Assembly (NCBI GenBank): GCA_963736785.1
Contig: CAVTQG010000053.1
Span: forward strand, 64,039-128,038
Reading direction: 5' to 3'
Source: an uncultured Spirochaetota bacterium
GTDB taxonomy: Bacteria; Spirochaetota; Spirochaetia; SZUA-6; DRHE01
Length of the DNA stretch: 64,000 nucleotides
Below, in pieces: positions 8,287-19,858 of this stretch. Under the pieces are notes generated by a model. It had not been told where the DNA came from. It saw nothing but the letters and a program-made list of their open reading frames with translations, and did no database searches. A program made the translations under genes and the position numbers. Position 1 is the stretch's first letter. Each line of letters starts with the position of its first letter.

Positions 8287-10769
8287 TCACCGGTAGGTCG
8301 CCCGCAGGTGCCGGACCCGCAGGGCCTGGCCCAGCTGCGCCTCGTCGACCGGCCTGCCGGCGGCGGGCAGGAAGTCCACGACGCGCGGGCGGCCGGGAAG
8401 CAGCGTGAAGCAGGAGTCGGCGAAGCGCCCCGCCAGGCCGGGTGCTTCCAGGTGCACGTAGAAGGCCGGGCGCTCGGCGGAGAGCTCGACCTGCGGCCCT
8501 TTCGCTGAACGCCGCACCGCGGCCCGCAGCCCCGGGTCCTGCAGCTCGCAGCGCTTGGGCGCGCAGAGGAACAGCTCGTTCTCCGACACCCCCCCTTCGT
8601 GGGCCAGGCGCAGGCTGAGGAAGAGCTCCTCGGGCCGCGCGGGCAGGGACGCCAGGGAGCGGGAGCCCAGCGGCGGTAGCCGCTTCCGCGGGCAGGGTGA
8701 CCTCGCGCGCCTCCTCCAGGCGTGGCCGGCCGGAAAAATCCAGGAAGCCCGCCTCCAGCCGCGCCGTAACCGCGCGACGCGTGTCGTTGACCCCGTGCAG
8801 CTCCACGTTGGCACCGTCGCGGCAGAAGGCCAGGACGTGCACCGGCTCGTAGAAGCGCCGGGCGGCGTAGTGCAGCGGCTTCCAGCGGTCCGGGTACTCC
8901 AGCGAGGACCAGGAGGCCGCCGGCCAGCAGTCGTTCAGCTGCCAGTAGAGGGTGCCCATGCACGTCGGGCGGCGGCTGCGCCAGTACTCCACGGCGGTCC
9001 GGATGGCCGCGGCCTGCTGCACCTGGCTCAAGTACAGCAGGCTCTCGAAGTCCTCGGGGAAGCGGAAGTAGCGGGTCAGGGTCTCGGCGATCACGGTGTT
9101 GCCGCGGGGGTGGCGCTGGTGGTGCTCCATCACCGGCGAGGTGAGGTTGGCCTGCGAGCCGGCGGCGAAGCCGCGCACCGCCTCCGGGGAGGGCAGGGAC
9201 TGGAAGCCGAACTCTGAAGCGAAGCGGGGGGTCACCTCGTAGTAGGCCTCGAAGGGTTTGCCCTCGTGCCACACGCTCCAGTAGTGCATGTCCCCCTTGC
9301 CGTCCTCGTGCCAGTTGTCCGAGTAGTCCCCCGGCCCCGCGGAGGGGGAGCTGGGCCACCAGGCGCGGCCCGGGTCCAGCTCCCGCACGACGCGTCCCAC
9401 CACCCCCTCGTTCAGGCGGTCGTAGTCCACCAGGTAGCGGTCGCGGCTGGCCCGGGTCTCGGGGTACCAGGTGAGCGCCCCCAGGTCCTCGTTGTTCCCG
9501 CACCACAGGGCCAGGCAGGGGTGGTCCTTCAGGCGCTTGACCTGGTGGCGCACCTCCGCCTCCGCCTCGGCCAGGAACTCCGGGGTGGCGGGGTAGCAGC
9601 GCGCAGGAGAACATGAAGTCCTGCCAGACCAGCAGGCCCTTGCGGTCGCACAGCTCGTAGAACTCGTCACGCTCGTACTGGCCTCCGCCCCACACGCGCA
9701 GCATGTTCATGTTGGCCTGGACCGCCGCCTCCAGCAGCGCCTCGTAGCGCTCGGGGGTCTGGCGCGAAGGCAGGGCGTCGCAGGGGATCCAGTTGGCCCC
9801 CTTGCAGAACAGGTCGACCCCGTTGACGCGGAAGACCAGGCTGCGGCCCGCCGCGTCGTCCTGCGAGAGCACCTCCAGGCGGCGGAAACCCAGCAGCCGG
9901 CGCGCGCTCTGCCCGCCGATGCGCACGGAAAGCTCGTGCAGGGTCTGGGGCCCGTAGCCGGCGGGCCACCACAGCGCGGGCGCGTTGACGAGCAGCGTGC
10001 GGCGCTCGGCGTTGAGCCCCGGGGCCACCTGCCACCTGCCGGCGTGGCGGGCGCCGGCCACTTCGATCTCCAGGGGAAGCTCGGCCGCGCGGCAGGCGAA
10101 GTACTCCAGGGTGATGGTCAGCTCCACGTCGTCTCCGGCGAAGCGCTGCTCGGTGTGCAGGTGCTCCAGGCGGCCCTCCGCGCTGGCGGCAATGAAGGCG
10201 GGACCGTAAATGCCGCTCACCATCAGGCAGGGCCCCCAGTCCCAGCCGGCGTGGCACTGGACCTTGCGCAGCAGGTTGCGGTGCGGGGACTGCACGGGGT
10301 AGGTCGAATGGGGGACGGGGTAGGGCAGGCGCCGGCTGCGCTCCAGGGCCTCCCGTTCGGGAGAGCGCAGGCGGATCTCGAGCAGGTTCTCCCCCGCGTG
10401 CAACGCCTCTCCTACCTCCGCCCGCACGGGCACGAACAGGCTCGTGCCGGTGGCGACCAACCTGCCGTTGAGCAGGACCTCGGCGACCGAGTCCACGCTG
10501 TCCAGGTGCAGGAACGCCCGCCGGCCCTCCAGGAAGCCCCGCTCCACGGTGAAGCGCCGGCTGAGCAGCCAGTCGCTGCGCCCGATCCACTGGAGGTCGA
10601 GCTCCCGGGTTCCTTCGTACGGGTCGGGGATCAGGCCGGCCTGGAGGAGCGCGGAGATGTTGTCCCCCGGGATGCGCATGGGCACGGGACCCGCGAGGCG
10701 CGGGGTTTCCTCCCCCGTTTGCCGCAGCTCCCATTCGCCCGTCAGGTCGATAGTTTTCATTATCAACAA
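8287..10769 (-). pseudogene. GH2 beta-mannosidase, two frame breaks (near 9600 and 8690)
   Basis: Three collinear pieces from track ORFs 8079..10769 (MKTIDLTGEWEL...[33 protein letters not shown]), 7427..9670 ([36 protein letters not shown]...YWQLNDCWP) and 8287..8814 (C-terminal domain ending RATYR*). Confidence 0.85.
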
Positions 10770-10798
10770 ACCCAGTATGATCCGGGAGCTCCTGCCAC

Positions 10799-10843
10799 GT
10801 CAAGCGAATTTCGCTGCCATAAAAGCGGCAAATTTCGCTTGAC
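10799..10843. promoter_or_regulatory. Imperfect inverted repeat GTCAAGCGAA(A)TTT ... AAATTTCGCTTGAC, candidate ROK operator
   Basis: Lies in the divergent region between the GH2 gene and the ROK gene. The right arm overlaps the -35 of the ROK promoter. Confidence 0.4.
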
Positions 10844-10867
10844 ATTCCGCAGGAATATGGCTTATAA
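10839..10867 (+). promoter_or_regulatory. Candidate sigma-70 promoter TTGACA-17-TTATAA for the ROK gene and downstream operon
   Basis: TTGACAttccgcaggaatatggcTTATAA read directly from the sequence. Confidence 0.5.
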
Positions 10868-10875
10868 GAGGTTAG

Positions 10876-12180
10876 TTGGTTCCTAATCCAACCAACCCCC
10901 GAGATCCTGGGGATAATGCGAATGGCGAAAGGGCAAAAGGGCGGAATGCGGTGATCCAGCCGAAGCGAAGCCGTGCGGTCAACACCTCCCGCGTGATGCG
11001 CGAGATTTGGGTCCACAAGGAGATCAGCCGCATCCAGATCGCCAAGAACCTCGGGCTGGACAAGTCCACCGTGACCAGCATTGCCTCCGAGCTCCTGCGC
11101 GCGGGCCTGGTCCAGGAGACCGCCCAGGGGGAGGCCGGGCCCCTCGGGGGGCGCCGGCCCGTGCCGCTCACCCTGAACCGCCGCTACGGCTGCGTGCTGG
11201 GCCTGGAACTGCGCCCGGAGTCGTACACCGCCGTGGCCACCGACCTGGAAGGCAGCATCCTGTACTCCAAGTTCGAGCGGGCGCAGCTCACCGGCGCCGG
11301 TTTCCGGGACGGGTTCATGGAAATTGCCGCAAGGGTACGCGAGGAGCTGCGGCGCAGCGAGGTGCCGCTGCTGGGAGTGGGGGTCGGCGTGTCGGGGGTC
11401 GTGCACCCCGAGAAGGGGCTGATCCGCTACTCCATCCCCCTGCAGATCGAGAAGCCGTTCGATTTCCGCGGCCAGATCGCCGAGGGCTACGACCTGCCCC
11501 TGTTCCTGGAGAACGACGCCAACGCCTGCGCCTGGGGGGAGCTGGCCTTCCACCGCGGCAAGCGCCTCCGCGACTTCCTGTTCGTCCTGGCCGAGTTCCG
11601 GGACGTGCGCGACCGCAGCCGCCACCACGAGAAGATCGCCGTGGGCATGGGCATCGTGATCGGCGGCCGGGTGCACTACGGCCACAGCCACTCCGCCGGG
11701 GAGTTCCGCAGCGTCTTCTGCACGCCGGAGTGCCGGGGTCAGTTCTCCCTGAGCGGCGATGAGGCCTTCCGCATCGAGGAGGACCCCGCGGTCCTCTCGC
11801 GCTTCATCCGGGAGCTTTCCCGGAACATCGCCATGCTGACCAACACCTTCAACCTGGACCAGGTATTCCTGGGGGGCGACATCGAGCGTTACCGCAAGGA
11901 GGTGCAGGCGGTGCTGGCCGAGGAGATCCAGCGCAACTGGCCTTATCCGGACGAAGTGCATTGCCGCATCCACTTTTCATCGCTGGGCGAGAAGGCCGTG
12001 GCGTACGGGGCCGCCGGCATGGTCCTGCATCGCCTGTTCGCCGGGACCCACTCCTCCTCCGGCTTCGAGCGGGCTTTGACGGAACTGGCGGCACCCGAGA
12101 CCCAGGAGTTTTCATCGGTAGACAGCCCCTTCGTCGAAGGGGAGAAAGACGTAAGTGTACGCAAGGAGGCTTTTTCATGA
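10876..12180 (+). CDS. ROK-family transcriptional regulator (NagC/Mlc-like)
   Basis: N-terminal wHTH (ISRIQIAKNLGLDKSTVTSIASELLRAGLV) and ROK sugar-kinase-like body (GVGVGVSGVV, ENDANACAWGE). The start may be TTG 10876 or GTG 10951. The stop overlaps the next ATG. Confidence 0.85.
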   Translation: MVPNPTNPRDPGDNANGERAKGRNAVIQPKRSRAVNTSRVMREIWVHKEISRIQIAKNLGLDKSTVTSIASELLRAGLVQETAQGEAGPLGGRRPVPLTLNRRYGCVLGLELRPESYTAVATDLEGSILYSKFERAQLTGAGFRDGFMEIAARVREELRRSEVPLLGVGVGVSGVVHPEKGLIRYSIPLQIEKPFDFRGQIAEGYDLPLFLENDANACAWGELAFHRGKRLRDFLFVLAEFRDVRDRSRHHEKIAVGMGIVIGGRVHYGHSHSAGEFRSVFCTPECRGQFSLSGDEAFRIEEDPAVLSRFIRELSRNIAMLTNTFNLDQVFLGGDIERYRKEVQAVLAEEIQRNWPYPDEVHCRIHFSSLGEKAVAYGAAGMVLHRLFAGTHSSSGFERALTELAAPETQEFSSVDSPFVEGEKDVSVRKEAFS

Positions 12181-13442
12181 GAAAAGCAACGGTGATTCTG
12201 GCAGTGCTGCTCCTGCTGTCGGCGGCCGTGGTGGTGATGGCCGCGCCCAAGGTCGTCGTGAAGACCATGGCCTACGGCGACAACTCGAACCCGGAAGGCG
12301 TGAACTGGCTGCGCATCGTGGCCGCCTTCGAGAAGGCCAATCCGGACATCGACATCGATTTCGAGCTGCTCTACGACGAGGCCTACCACCAGAAGGTGGT
12401 CGCCCGACTGGCCGCCGGCGACGTTCCGCACCTGGCGTACATGGGGGCGGACGCCCGCTGGGGCGCCCCCTGGAAAGAGGCGGGCCAGCAGTTCAACCAC
12501 AAGCCCTTCATGGACCCCAAGTACTACGACCTCAAGCTGATCCCCCCCATGGGACCCAAGGGTGAGATCTGGGAGATCCCCCTCGGGACCTCGAACATCT
12601 GCACCGTGCTGTACATGAACGAGAAGCTGGTGAAGTCCCTGGGCTTCGCCGCCCCCAAGAGCTACCAGGACATCGCCGCCATGGCGCCCGCGGCCAAGGC
12701 CAAGGGCCTGGACGTGGTCTCGATCGACGGCGCCGACGGCTGGGCCTGGGGCTCGTGCCTGATGTCCATGGTCATCGCCCGGATGTCCGGCGACCCGAAC
12801 TGGGTCTCCAAGGCGGTGGCGGGGAAGGGCAAGTTCTCCGACCAGGTGTTCGTCGATTCCCTGGCGTTCATCGAGAGGTTGCTCAACGACGGGGTGGTCG
12901 CCTCGAAGTCCGTGCTCGTGGACTACGGCGCCAACCTCTCCAACTTCAGCAACGAGAAGGCCCTCTTCATGGTCCAGGGCCAGTGGATCGCCGGCAGCAT
13001 CGAGAACCCGGAGGTCGCCAACAACACCGTCATGATGGCCTGGCCCAAGCTGCCCGGGGAAAAGGCCGCCACGGCCGGGTCCGTGGCCGCGGCGATCTCG
13101 GTCGGCTACGGGGTCACCAAGGCCGGCGCCGCCGATCCCAAGGTGCGCGACGCCGCCCTCAAGTTCCTGCAGTATTTCTACAGCCACGAGGAGACCACGC
13201 AGCGCCTGCGGGACGGCGCCATCGTGGCCCCCGTGCTGAAGAACTTCAAGGTCCCCGACGACCTGCCTTCGTTGGTGAAGCAGAAGGTCGGCCTGGCGCA
13301 GACGGCCAAGAACACCGACGTCATCGACGCCTTCCTCAGCGGCGCGCCCAACGACGCCCTGAACGCCGGCATGCAGAAGATCGCCTCCGGCCAGGCCACG
13401 GCGAAACAGGTGGCCGAGGAAGTGGAAAGCTTGCGGAAATAA
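12177..13442 (+). CDS. CUT1-type ABC sugar substrate-binding protein
   Basis: ATG 12177 behind GGAGG. Signal peptide MRKATVILAVLLLLSAAVVVMA and a family-1 extracellular solute-binding body. Confidence 0.9.
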   Translation: MRKATVILAVLLLLSAAVVVMAAPKVVVKTMAYGDNSNPEGVNWLRIVAAFEKANPDIDIDFELLYDEAYHQKVVARLAAGDVPHLAYMGADARWGAPWKEAGQQFNHKPFMDPKYYDLKLIPPMGPKGEIWEIPLGTSNICTVLYMNEKLVKSLGFAAPKSYQDIAAMAPAAKAKGLDVVSIDGADGWAWGSCLMSMVIARMSGDPNWVSKAVAGKGKFSDQVFVDSLAFIERLLNDGVVASKSVLVDYGANLSNFSNEKALFMVQGQWIAGSIENPEVANNTVMMAWPKLPGEKAATAGSVAAAISVGYGVTKAGAADPKVRDAALKFLQYFYSHEETTQRLRDGAIVAPVLKNFKVPDDLPSLVKQKVGLAQTAKNTDVIDAFLSGAPNDALNAGMQKIASGQATAKQVAEEVESLRK

Positions 13443-13464
13443 CTCCAGTCCTGACGTATCTACC

Positions 13465-13495
13465 GTGACGAAGGGGGACCTTCCCCCTTCGTCAC
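13465..13495 (+). terminator. Intercistronic GC-rich stem-loop after the binding-protein gene (13-bp stem, no U-tract)
   Basis: GTGACGAAGGGGG-acctt-CCCCCTTCGTCAC. Confidence 0.45.
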
Positions 13496-13501
13496 TTCCG
13501 G

Positions 13502-14426
13502 GTGAGAAGCGTGAAGAAGAAGAGACTACCAGGCTCTCTGGGCCTACGTGGGACTCGTGGCTCCGGGCTTGATCGTGTATCTGGCGATCGTCGCCTATCC
13601 GATCCTGTATTCCGTCTGGCTCAGCCTGACGGATTTCAATCCCAACCGCGGCGGCTCGTGGAGCCTGGTCGGCCTGCTCCAGTACCGGACCATGCTCCGG
13701 GATCCGGATTTCTGGCACGCCCTGAAGAACAACATGATCGTCGTGGCCGTTTCGGTGTTCGGACAGATCCCGCTCGGCTTCGCCCTGGCCTACATCCTGT
13801 ACCGCAAGCTGGTGCGGGCGGGCAGGTTCTACCAGTCCATGGTCTTCTTCCCGAACTTCCTGTCGACGATCGTCATCGGCACCATGTGGAAACGGCTGTT
13901 CCAGGCCGATGGTCCGGTGGCCCGGCTGCTGCAGTGGCTGTCGGGCGACCCCACCTCGCAGTTCGACCTGATGCTCAAGGCCCAAACGGTCATGTACCCG
14001 ATCGGCTTCGCCTTGATCTGGATGTACACCGGGCTGTACATGATCGTCTTCCTGGCCAACATGCAGAAGATCGACGCCAACATGATCGAGGCCGCCAAGA
14101 TCGACGGCGCCAGCGAGCCGCAGATTTTCTTTCGCGTCATCGTGCCCCTGTTGTCCGGCACCATCCTCGTCTCCGCGACCCTGGCCATCGCCGGCTCGCT
14201 GCGGGGTTTCGACCTGATCTTCGCCATGACCACGCAGGGGCTGCAGAGGATGAACGCGGAGGTGCTGCCCATCTTCATGTACCGCAAGGCCTTCCAGGAC
14301 TACAGCAACGTAATGCGCTTCGCCTACGGCTCGGCCATTTCCAACATCATCGTGGTCATCAGCATGACCCTCATTCTTCTGAGCAACTTCATCGGCCGCA
14401 GGCTGCACGCCGGGGAGGAGCACTGA
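13502..14426 (+). CDS. ABC sugar permease (MalF/UgpA-like), probable N-terminal frame break near 13520-13530
   Basis: Track ORF 13548..14426 is an intact permease. The upstream in-frame codons RRRDYQASWAYVGL lack a start codon, while GTG 13502 (VRSVKKKR) is in another frame. Confidence 0.85.
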
Positions 14427-14427
14427 G

Positions 14428-15539
14428 GTGGCGCGCGCAGTTCGTAGGGCCGGGGGGCGGCCGCCGGGCTGGCGGGCAGGGCGGTTTCGTACACGGTGTT
14501 CACGGCCTGGGCGCTGATCACCGTGCTGCCGCTGGTCTGGATGTTCTACTCCTCGTTCAAGTCCAACGACGAGCTCATCCGGAACACCTTCTCGTTTCCG
14601 CATGACCTGTTCGTCAACCGGGAAGACGAGTACCTCGTCATCCCGCCCGCCTTGAACGTCATCCTGCCGTACGATCCGGAGGTTGACAAGCGCGAGCGGC
14701 TGATCATCGAGTCGGCCACGATTTCGCCGGGCCGAAGGCTGATGGTGCAGTTTCTCCTGAAAGACGAGCTTCCCCCGGAGCTGCGCCGGCTTCAACCCGG
14801 CGACCGGCTGAGAGTATCGCAGCTGCCGCCTGCGCTGCGGCTGAAGGTCAGCCTGGGGACCGTCTGGTTCAACTACCTCGCGGCCATCACCCGCGGCACC
14901 CTCGGGCTGAAGTTCTTCAACAGCATCGTCTACACCGCGGTGTCGACCTTTCTCATCGCCTTCCTGTCGCTGATGATCAGCTTCGCCCTCAGCAAGCTGC
15001 CGTTCCGCAGGCTCTCGACCTTCATCCTGGGACTGATCGGGTTGGGGTACCTGCTCTCCATCCAGTCGGTGATCATCCCGTTGTTCCTGCTGCTCAGCAG
15101 GGCGAAGCTCACCGACACGCGCGCCGGCATCATCCTGGTCTACACGGCCTTCGGCCTGCCCCTGGCCGTGTTGTTGATGACCCAGTTCATGCGCGGGCTT
15201 CCGGACAGCCTGATCGAGTCCGCCTACATCGACGGGGCGTCGGTGTTCAGGACGTTCAGCAGCATCATGGTGCCGATGTCCGTTCCGGTGATCGTCACGG
15301 TGAGCATCATCAGCGCCCTGGGGATCTGGAACGAGTTCCTGCTGGTCCTGGTATTCGCCAGCTCGGAGGCCACGAAATCCCTTCCCGTGGGCGTGTTTTC
15401 CTTCAGCAGCCTGATGGGCACCCAGCTGGGCTGGCAGCTGGCCGCCCTGGTCATCGCCACGGCGCCCGTGATGGCGGTCTACCTGGTCTTCAACAAGAGC
15501 ATCACCAAGGGCGTGGTCGCCGGCGCGCTGAAGGAATAA
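14428..15539 (+). CDS. ABC sugar permease (MalG/UgpE-like) with a long periplasmic insert; N-terminal frame break in a G-run near 14452-14457
   Basis: Track ORF 14496..15539. The start GTG 14428 ([10 protein letters not shown]) is in another frame. The EAA-loop region ([20 protein letters not shown]) is present. Confidence 0.85.
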
Positions 15540-15549
15540 CGGTCGCGGT

Positions 15550-18060
15550 ATGGACTACGGCTACTTCGACGACCCCGCCGGCGAGTACGTCATCACCACG
15601 CCCCGGACCCCCTACCCCTGGATCAACTACCTGGGCTGCGAGGACTTCTTCGGACTGATCTCCAACACCGCCGGGGGGTACTGCTTCTACCGCGACGCCC
15701 TGCTGCGCCGCCTGACCCGCTACCGCTACAACGGCGTGCCCCTGGACTCGGGGGGCCGCTACTTCTACCTCCGCGAGGGCCGGGACTTCTGGAGCCCGGG
15801 CTGGAAGCCCGTGCGCGCGGAGCTGGACGCCTACGAGTGCCGCCACGGCCTGGGCTACACCCGCATCCGTTCGCGCCGGAACGGCCTGGCGGCCGAGCTG
15901 CTGTTCTTCGTCCCGCTGGGGGTGAACGCCGAGGTGCACCAGGTGACCCTGGAGAACCGCGGCCGCAGGCAGCGCGAGCTCAGCTTGTTTTCGCTGGTGG
16001 AGTTCTGCCTCTGGAACGCGCAGGACGATGCCACGAATTTCCAGCGCAACTTCAACACGGGCGAAGTGGAGGTGGAAGGCCCGGTCATCTACCACAAGAC
16101 CGAGTACCGCGAGCGCCGCAACCACTTCGCCTTCTATTCGGCCGGGGAGTCCGGGGGCGCGGCGCTGGCCGGCTTCGACACGGACCGGGAGGCCTTCCTG
16201 GGTCTCTACAACGGCTTCGACGCCCCGCGCGCCGTGACCGAAGGCCGCAGCGGCAACTCCCTGGCCCAGGGATGGTCGCCGATCGCCTCTCACCACCTGT
16301 CGCTGAACCTGGCCCCCGGAGAGCGCAGGACCCTGGTTTTCCTGCTGGGCTACGCGGAGAATCCGCCCGGCGACAAGTGGGAAACCCCCGGGAAGATCCG
16401 CAAGGACCCGGCCCGCGCGCTGATCCGGCGCTTCGCCGAGCCCGGGGCCGTGGAGAAAGCCTTCGCCGAACTGGCCGCCCACTGGCGGGGACTGCTCTCC
16501 CGCTTCCGCCTGGAGGGCGTTGATGAGCGCCTCGCGCGCATGGCCAACACCTGGAACCAGTACCAGTGCCTGGCCGCCTTCAACCTGGGCCGCAGCGCCT
16601 CGCTGTTCGATTCGGGCATCGGGCGTGGCCTGGGCTTCCGGGACACCAACCAGGACCTGCTGGGCTGCGTGCACCAGGTCCCGGAGCGCGCCCGCCGCAG
16701 GATCCTGGAGGTGGCCTGCACCCAGAAGCAGGACGGCAGCGCGTACCACCAGTACCAGCCGCTGACCCGGCGCGGCAACGCCAACATCGGCGGGGACTTC
16801 AACGACGACCCCCTGTGGCTGATCCTCTCGGCCAGCGCCTACCTGAAGGAGACGGGGGACTGGGAAATCCTGGACGAGCGCGTGCCCTTCGACCACGACC
16901 CGGCGCACGCCGACAGCCTGTTCGAGCACCTGCGTCGCTCCTTCCGGCACGTGGTCGACAACCGGGGGCCGCACGGCCTGCCCCTGATCGGTCGGGCGGA
17001 CTGGAACGACTGCCTGAACCTGAACTGCTTCTCCGAGAACCCGGACGAGTCCTTCCAGACCACGGCGAACAAGGACGGGCGGGTGGCCGAGAGCGTGCTC
17101 ATCGCCGGCATGTTCGTGTTCATCGGCCGGGAGTTCGCGGAGATTTGCCGGCGCGCCGGCCGTCCCGAGCTGGGCGAGGAGGCAGGGCGGGCGATTGCGA
17201 ACATGGAGCGGGCCGTGCTGGAGCACGGCTGGGACGGGGACTGGTACCTGCGGGCTTTCGACGACGCCGGCGCCCGCATTGGCAGCGCCGCCTGTGAGGA
17301 GGGAAGGATCTACATCGAGCCGCAGGGGTTCTGCGCCATGGCCGAAATCGGCAGGGAGAGGGATTACCCGCGCCGGGCCCTGGACGCGGTGCGGAAGCAC
17401 CTGGACTGCGAGCAGGGCTTGGTGCTGCTCTGGCCCGCCTACTCCCACTACCGGCTGGAGCTCGGGGAGATCACCTCCTACCCGGAGGGCTACAAGGAAA
17501 ACGGCGGCGTGTTCTGCCACAACAACCCCTGGGTCATGATCGGGGAGGCCCGCCTCGGGCGGGGGGAGCGGGCCTTCGAGTACTACCGCAAGATCTGCCC
17601 TTCCTATGGAAAGGATGCGGAGCTGCGCCGGACCGAGCCCTACGTGTACGCCCAGATGATCGCCGGGAGGCAGGCCGCGCGGCCGGGGGAGGCCAAGAAC
17701 TCCTGGCTGACCGGCACGGCGGCCTGGAACTTCGTGGCCCTGTCCCAGTGGATCCTGGGCATCCGGCCCGAGTACGACGGCCTGCGCATCGACCCCTGCA
17801 TCCCCCCCGACTGGGAGGGCTTCACCGCGGAGCGGGCCTTCCGGGGCAGCCGCTACCGCATCGAGGTGCGCAATCCGCAGCGCGTGAGCCGGGGGGTCGC
17901 CTCCCTGCGGGTCGACGGCCGGGAGGTCGGCGGAAGCCTGGTGCCTCCTGCCGGGGATGGCGGCCTGCACCGGGTCGAGGCGGTCCTGGGCGAAGGCCGG
18001 CATGACGGCCGGGTTGCACCCCGGCACGGAGGCCGGCGCCGGGACGGGCGCGAGGGGTAG
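15550..18060 (+). CDS. GH94 disaccharide phosphorylase (chitobiose/cellobiose phosphorylase family)
   Basis: Intact 836 aa starting [26 protein letters not shown], with RADWND and the other GH94 blocks. Confidence 0.9.
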   Translation: MDYGYFDDPAGEYVITTPRTPYPWINYLGCEDFFGLISNTAGGYCFYRDALLRRLTRYRYNGVPLDSGGRYFYLREGRDFWSPGWKPVRAELDAYECRHGLGYTRIRSRRNGLAAELLFFVPLGVNAEVHQVTLENRGRRQRELSLFSLVEFCLWNAQDDATNFQRNFNTGEVEVEGPVIYHKTEYRERRNHFAFYSAGESGGAALAGFDTDREAFLGLYNGFDAPRAVTEGRSGNSLAQGWSPIASHHLSLNLAPGERRTLVFLLGYAENPPGDKWETPGKIRKDPARALIRRFAEPGAVEKAFAELAAHWRGLLSRFRLEGVDERLARMANTWNQYQCLAAFNLGRSASLFDSGIGRGLGFRDTNQDLLGCVHQVPERARRRILEVACTQKQDGSAYHQYQPLTRRGNANIGGDFNDDPLWLILSASAYLKETGDWEILDERVPFDHDPAHADSLFEHLRRSFRHVVDNRGPHGLPLIGRADWNDCLNLNCFSENPDESFQTTANKDGRVAESVLIAGMFVFIGREFAEICRRAGRPELGEEAGRAIANMERAVLEHGWDGDWYLRAFDDAGARIGSAACEEGRIYIEPQGFCAMAEIGRERDYPRRALDAVRKHLDCEQGLVLLWPAYSHYRLELGEITSYPEGYKENGGVFCHNNPWVMIGEARLGRGERAFEYYRKICPSYGKDAELRRTEPYVYAQMIAGRQAARPGEAKNSWLTGTAAWNFVALSQWILGIRPEYDGLRIDPCIPPDWEGFTAERAFRGSRYRIEVRNPQRVSRGVASLRVDGREVGGSLVPPAGDGGLHRVEAVLGEGRHDGRVAPRHGGRRRDGREG

Positions 18061-18062
18061 GG

Positions 18063-19858
18063 GTGGAGCCGTTCGCACTGGCGCCGGTGCCGCGGCGCCT
18101 GCGCACCGCGCGGGGAAGCTTCCCCGTGCCGCCGGGCCTGGCCGAGCGGCTGGACGGCTACACGGTGGGTGCGGCCGTTCCGGCCGGCATCACCGCGCAA
18201 GTGGACCGCGCCCGGGTGCGCCGTGCCCAGGGCTACGATCTGCTGGTGCGGCCCGGGGAGGTGCGCCTGCTGGCCGCGGACCCCGCTGGGCTCTACTACG
18301 GGGTGGCCACGCTGCGGCAGCTGCTGCGCCAGGCGGCAAGGACCCTGCCCTGCGTGCACGTCGAGGATTGGCCGGCCTACCCGGTGCGCGGGATCCTGCT
18401 GGACATCAGCCGCGACCGGGTCCCGACCATGGAAACGCTCCGACGGCTCATCGACCTGTGGGCCGGGCTGAAGTACAACCAGGTCCAGTTCTACACCGAG
18501 CACACCTTCGCCTACCCCGCGCACGAGGAGGTGTGGCGGGAGGCCTCGCCGCTCACGCCGGCGGAAATCGAGGAGCTGGACCGCTACTGCCGTGAGCGGG
18601 CCGTCGAGCTGGTGCCCAACCAGAACTCCTTCGGGCATATGGAGCGCTGGCTGCGTCACCCGCGCTACAGGCACCTGGCCGACGCCACGGAGGGCTTCCC
18701 GGACCCCTGGGGGGGGTGGCGCACGGAGCCCACCACGCTCAATCCCCTGGACCCGGGCTCGCTGGAGCTGCTCTGCGGGCTGTACGACGAGTTGCTGCCG
18801 CATTTTTCCAGCCGCCTGCTCAACGTCGGCGGTGACGAGCCCATCGACCTGGGCCACGGCCGCAGCCGCGAGGCCTGTCAGCGGCTGGGGGTGGGCCGGG
18901 TGTACCTGGACTTTTTATCGCAAGGTCCACGAACAGGTCACCCGCCGCGGAAGGCGGATGCAGTGCTACGCGGACGTGCTGGTGCATCACCCGGAGCTGG
19001 TGCGCGAGGTCCCGCGGGACCTGCTCGTCCTGGACTGGGGGTACGAGGCGGACCACCCCTTCGCCGCGGAGTGCAGGACCATCGCCGAGGCGGGATTGCC
19101 CTATTACGTGTGTCCGGGGACCTCCTCGTGGAACTCGCTGGGCGGCCGCTGGAGCAACGCGCGCGCCAACATCCGCGCTGCCGCCCGCGCAGGGCTGGAA
19201 GGCGGCGCGGAGGGGTTCCTGCTCACCGACTGGGGCGACAACGGGCACTGGCAGCAGCTCCCGATTTCGTATCCCGCCTGGGTCTACGGCGCCGCCGCCG
19301 GCTGGGACCCGGGCAGCGAGGAGGGGCTGGACGTGGAGCGCTTCCTGTCGGCCCAGGTGTTCCTGGACCGCAGGGGCGGCGCCGCGCGGGCCCTGGCCCT
19401 CCTGGGGGAGGTCGGCGAGAACCCCGCGGCCGGGCTCCCCAACGCCACCGTCCTGGCCGTACTGCTCCTGCTGACGCTGGAGCCCTACTACCGCGAGGCG
19501 CTGGAGCGCTTCCGGGGCCAGGCCTTCGAGAGGGAGCGGGCTGTGCTCGACGAGGCCCGGCGCCTGCTGGCCGCTTCCGAACCGCGGGCCGACGACGGAG
19601 GGTTGGCGCGCGAAGAGCTGGAGCTCACCGCCGACCTGCTCCTGCACGCGGCCGGCCTGGGGCGGGCGCGTTTCGCCACCCCCGGACTGGCGACCCGCGA
19701 AATCCCGCGTCCGGAGCGCCGGCGCCTGGCCGAGGAGCTGGACGGCCTGACGGCGAGGCTATCGCCGGCTCTGGGCGGCCCGCTCGCGGCCCGGCGGCCT
19801 GGAGGACAGCGCCGGCCGGCTGCTCGCCCTGAAAGGCAGCTATGCGGATCCTGGTTAG
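18063..19858 (+). pseudogene. GH20 beta-N-acetylhexosaminidase, two frame breaks (near 18920 and 19770)
   Basis: Frame 0 piece: ILLDISRDRVP, LNVGGDEPIDLG. The frame 1 piece comes from ORF 18592..20331 (YRKVHEQV...LVLDWGYEADHP...LLTDWGDNGHWQ). The frame 2 tail is RYRRLWAARSRPGGLEDSAGRLLALKGSYADPG*. Confidence 0.8.

Noticed and set aside
11943-14795. 950-aa minus-strand ORF. Similar giants are 15502..18078 (858 aa), 9667..11973 (768 aa), 3313..5022 (569 aa) and 54654..56060 (468 aa).
   Set aside because: Their products are Arg/Gly/Pro/Ala/His-rich low-complexity strings with no motifs. Each lies antisense to genes with clear domain signatures. In GC-rich DNA stop codons are rare on the antisense strand, so these are composition artefacts.
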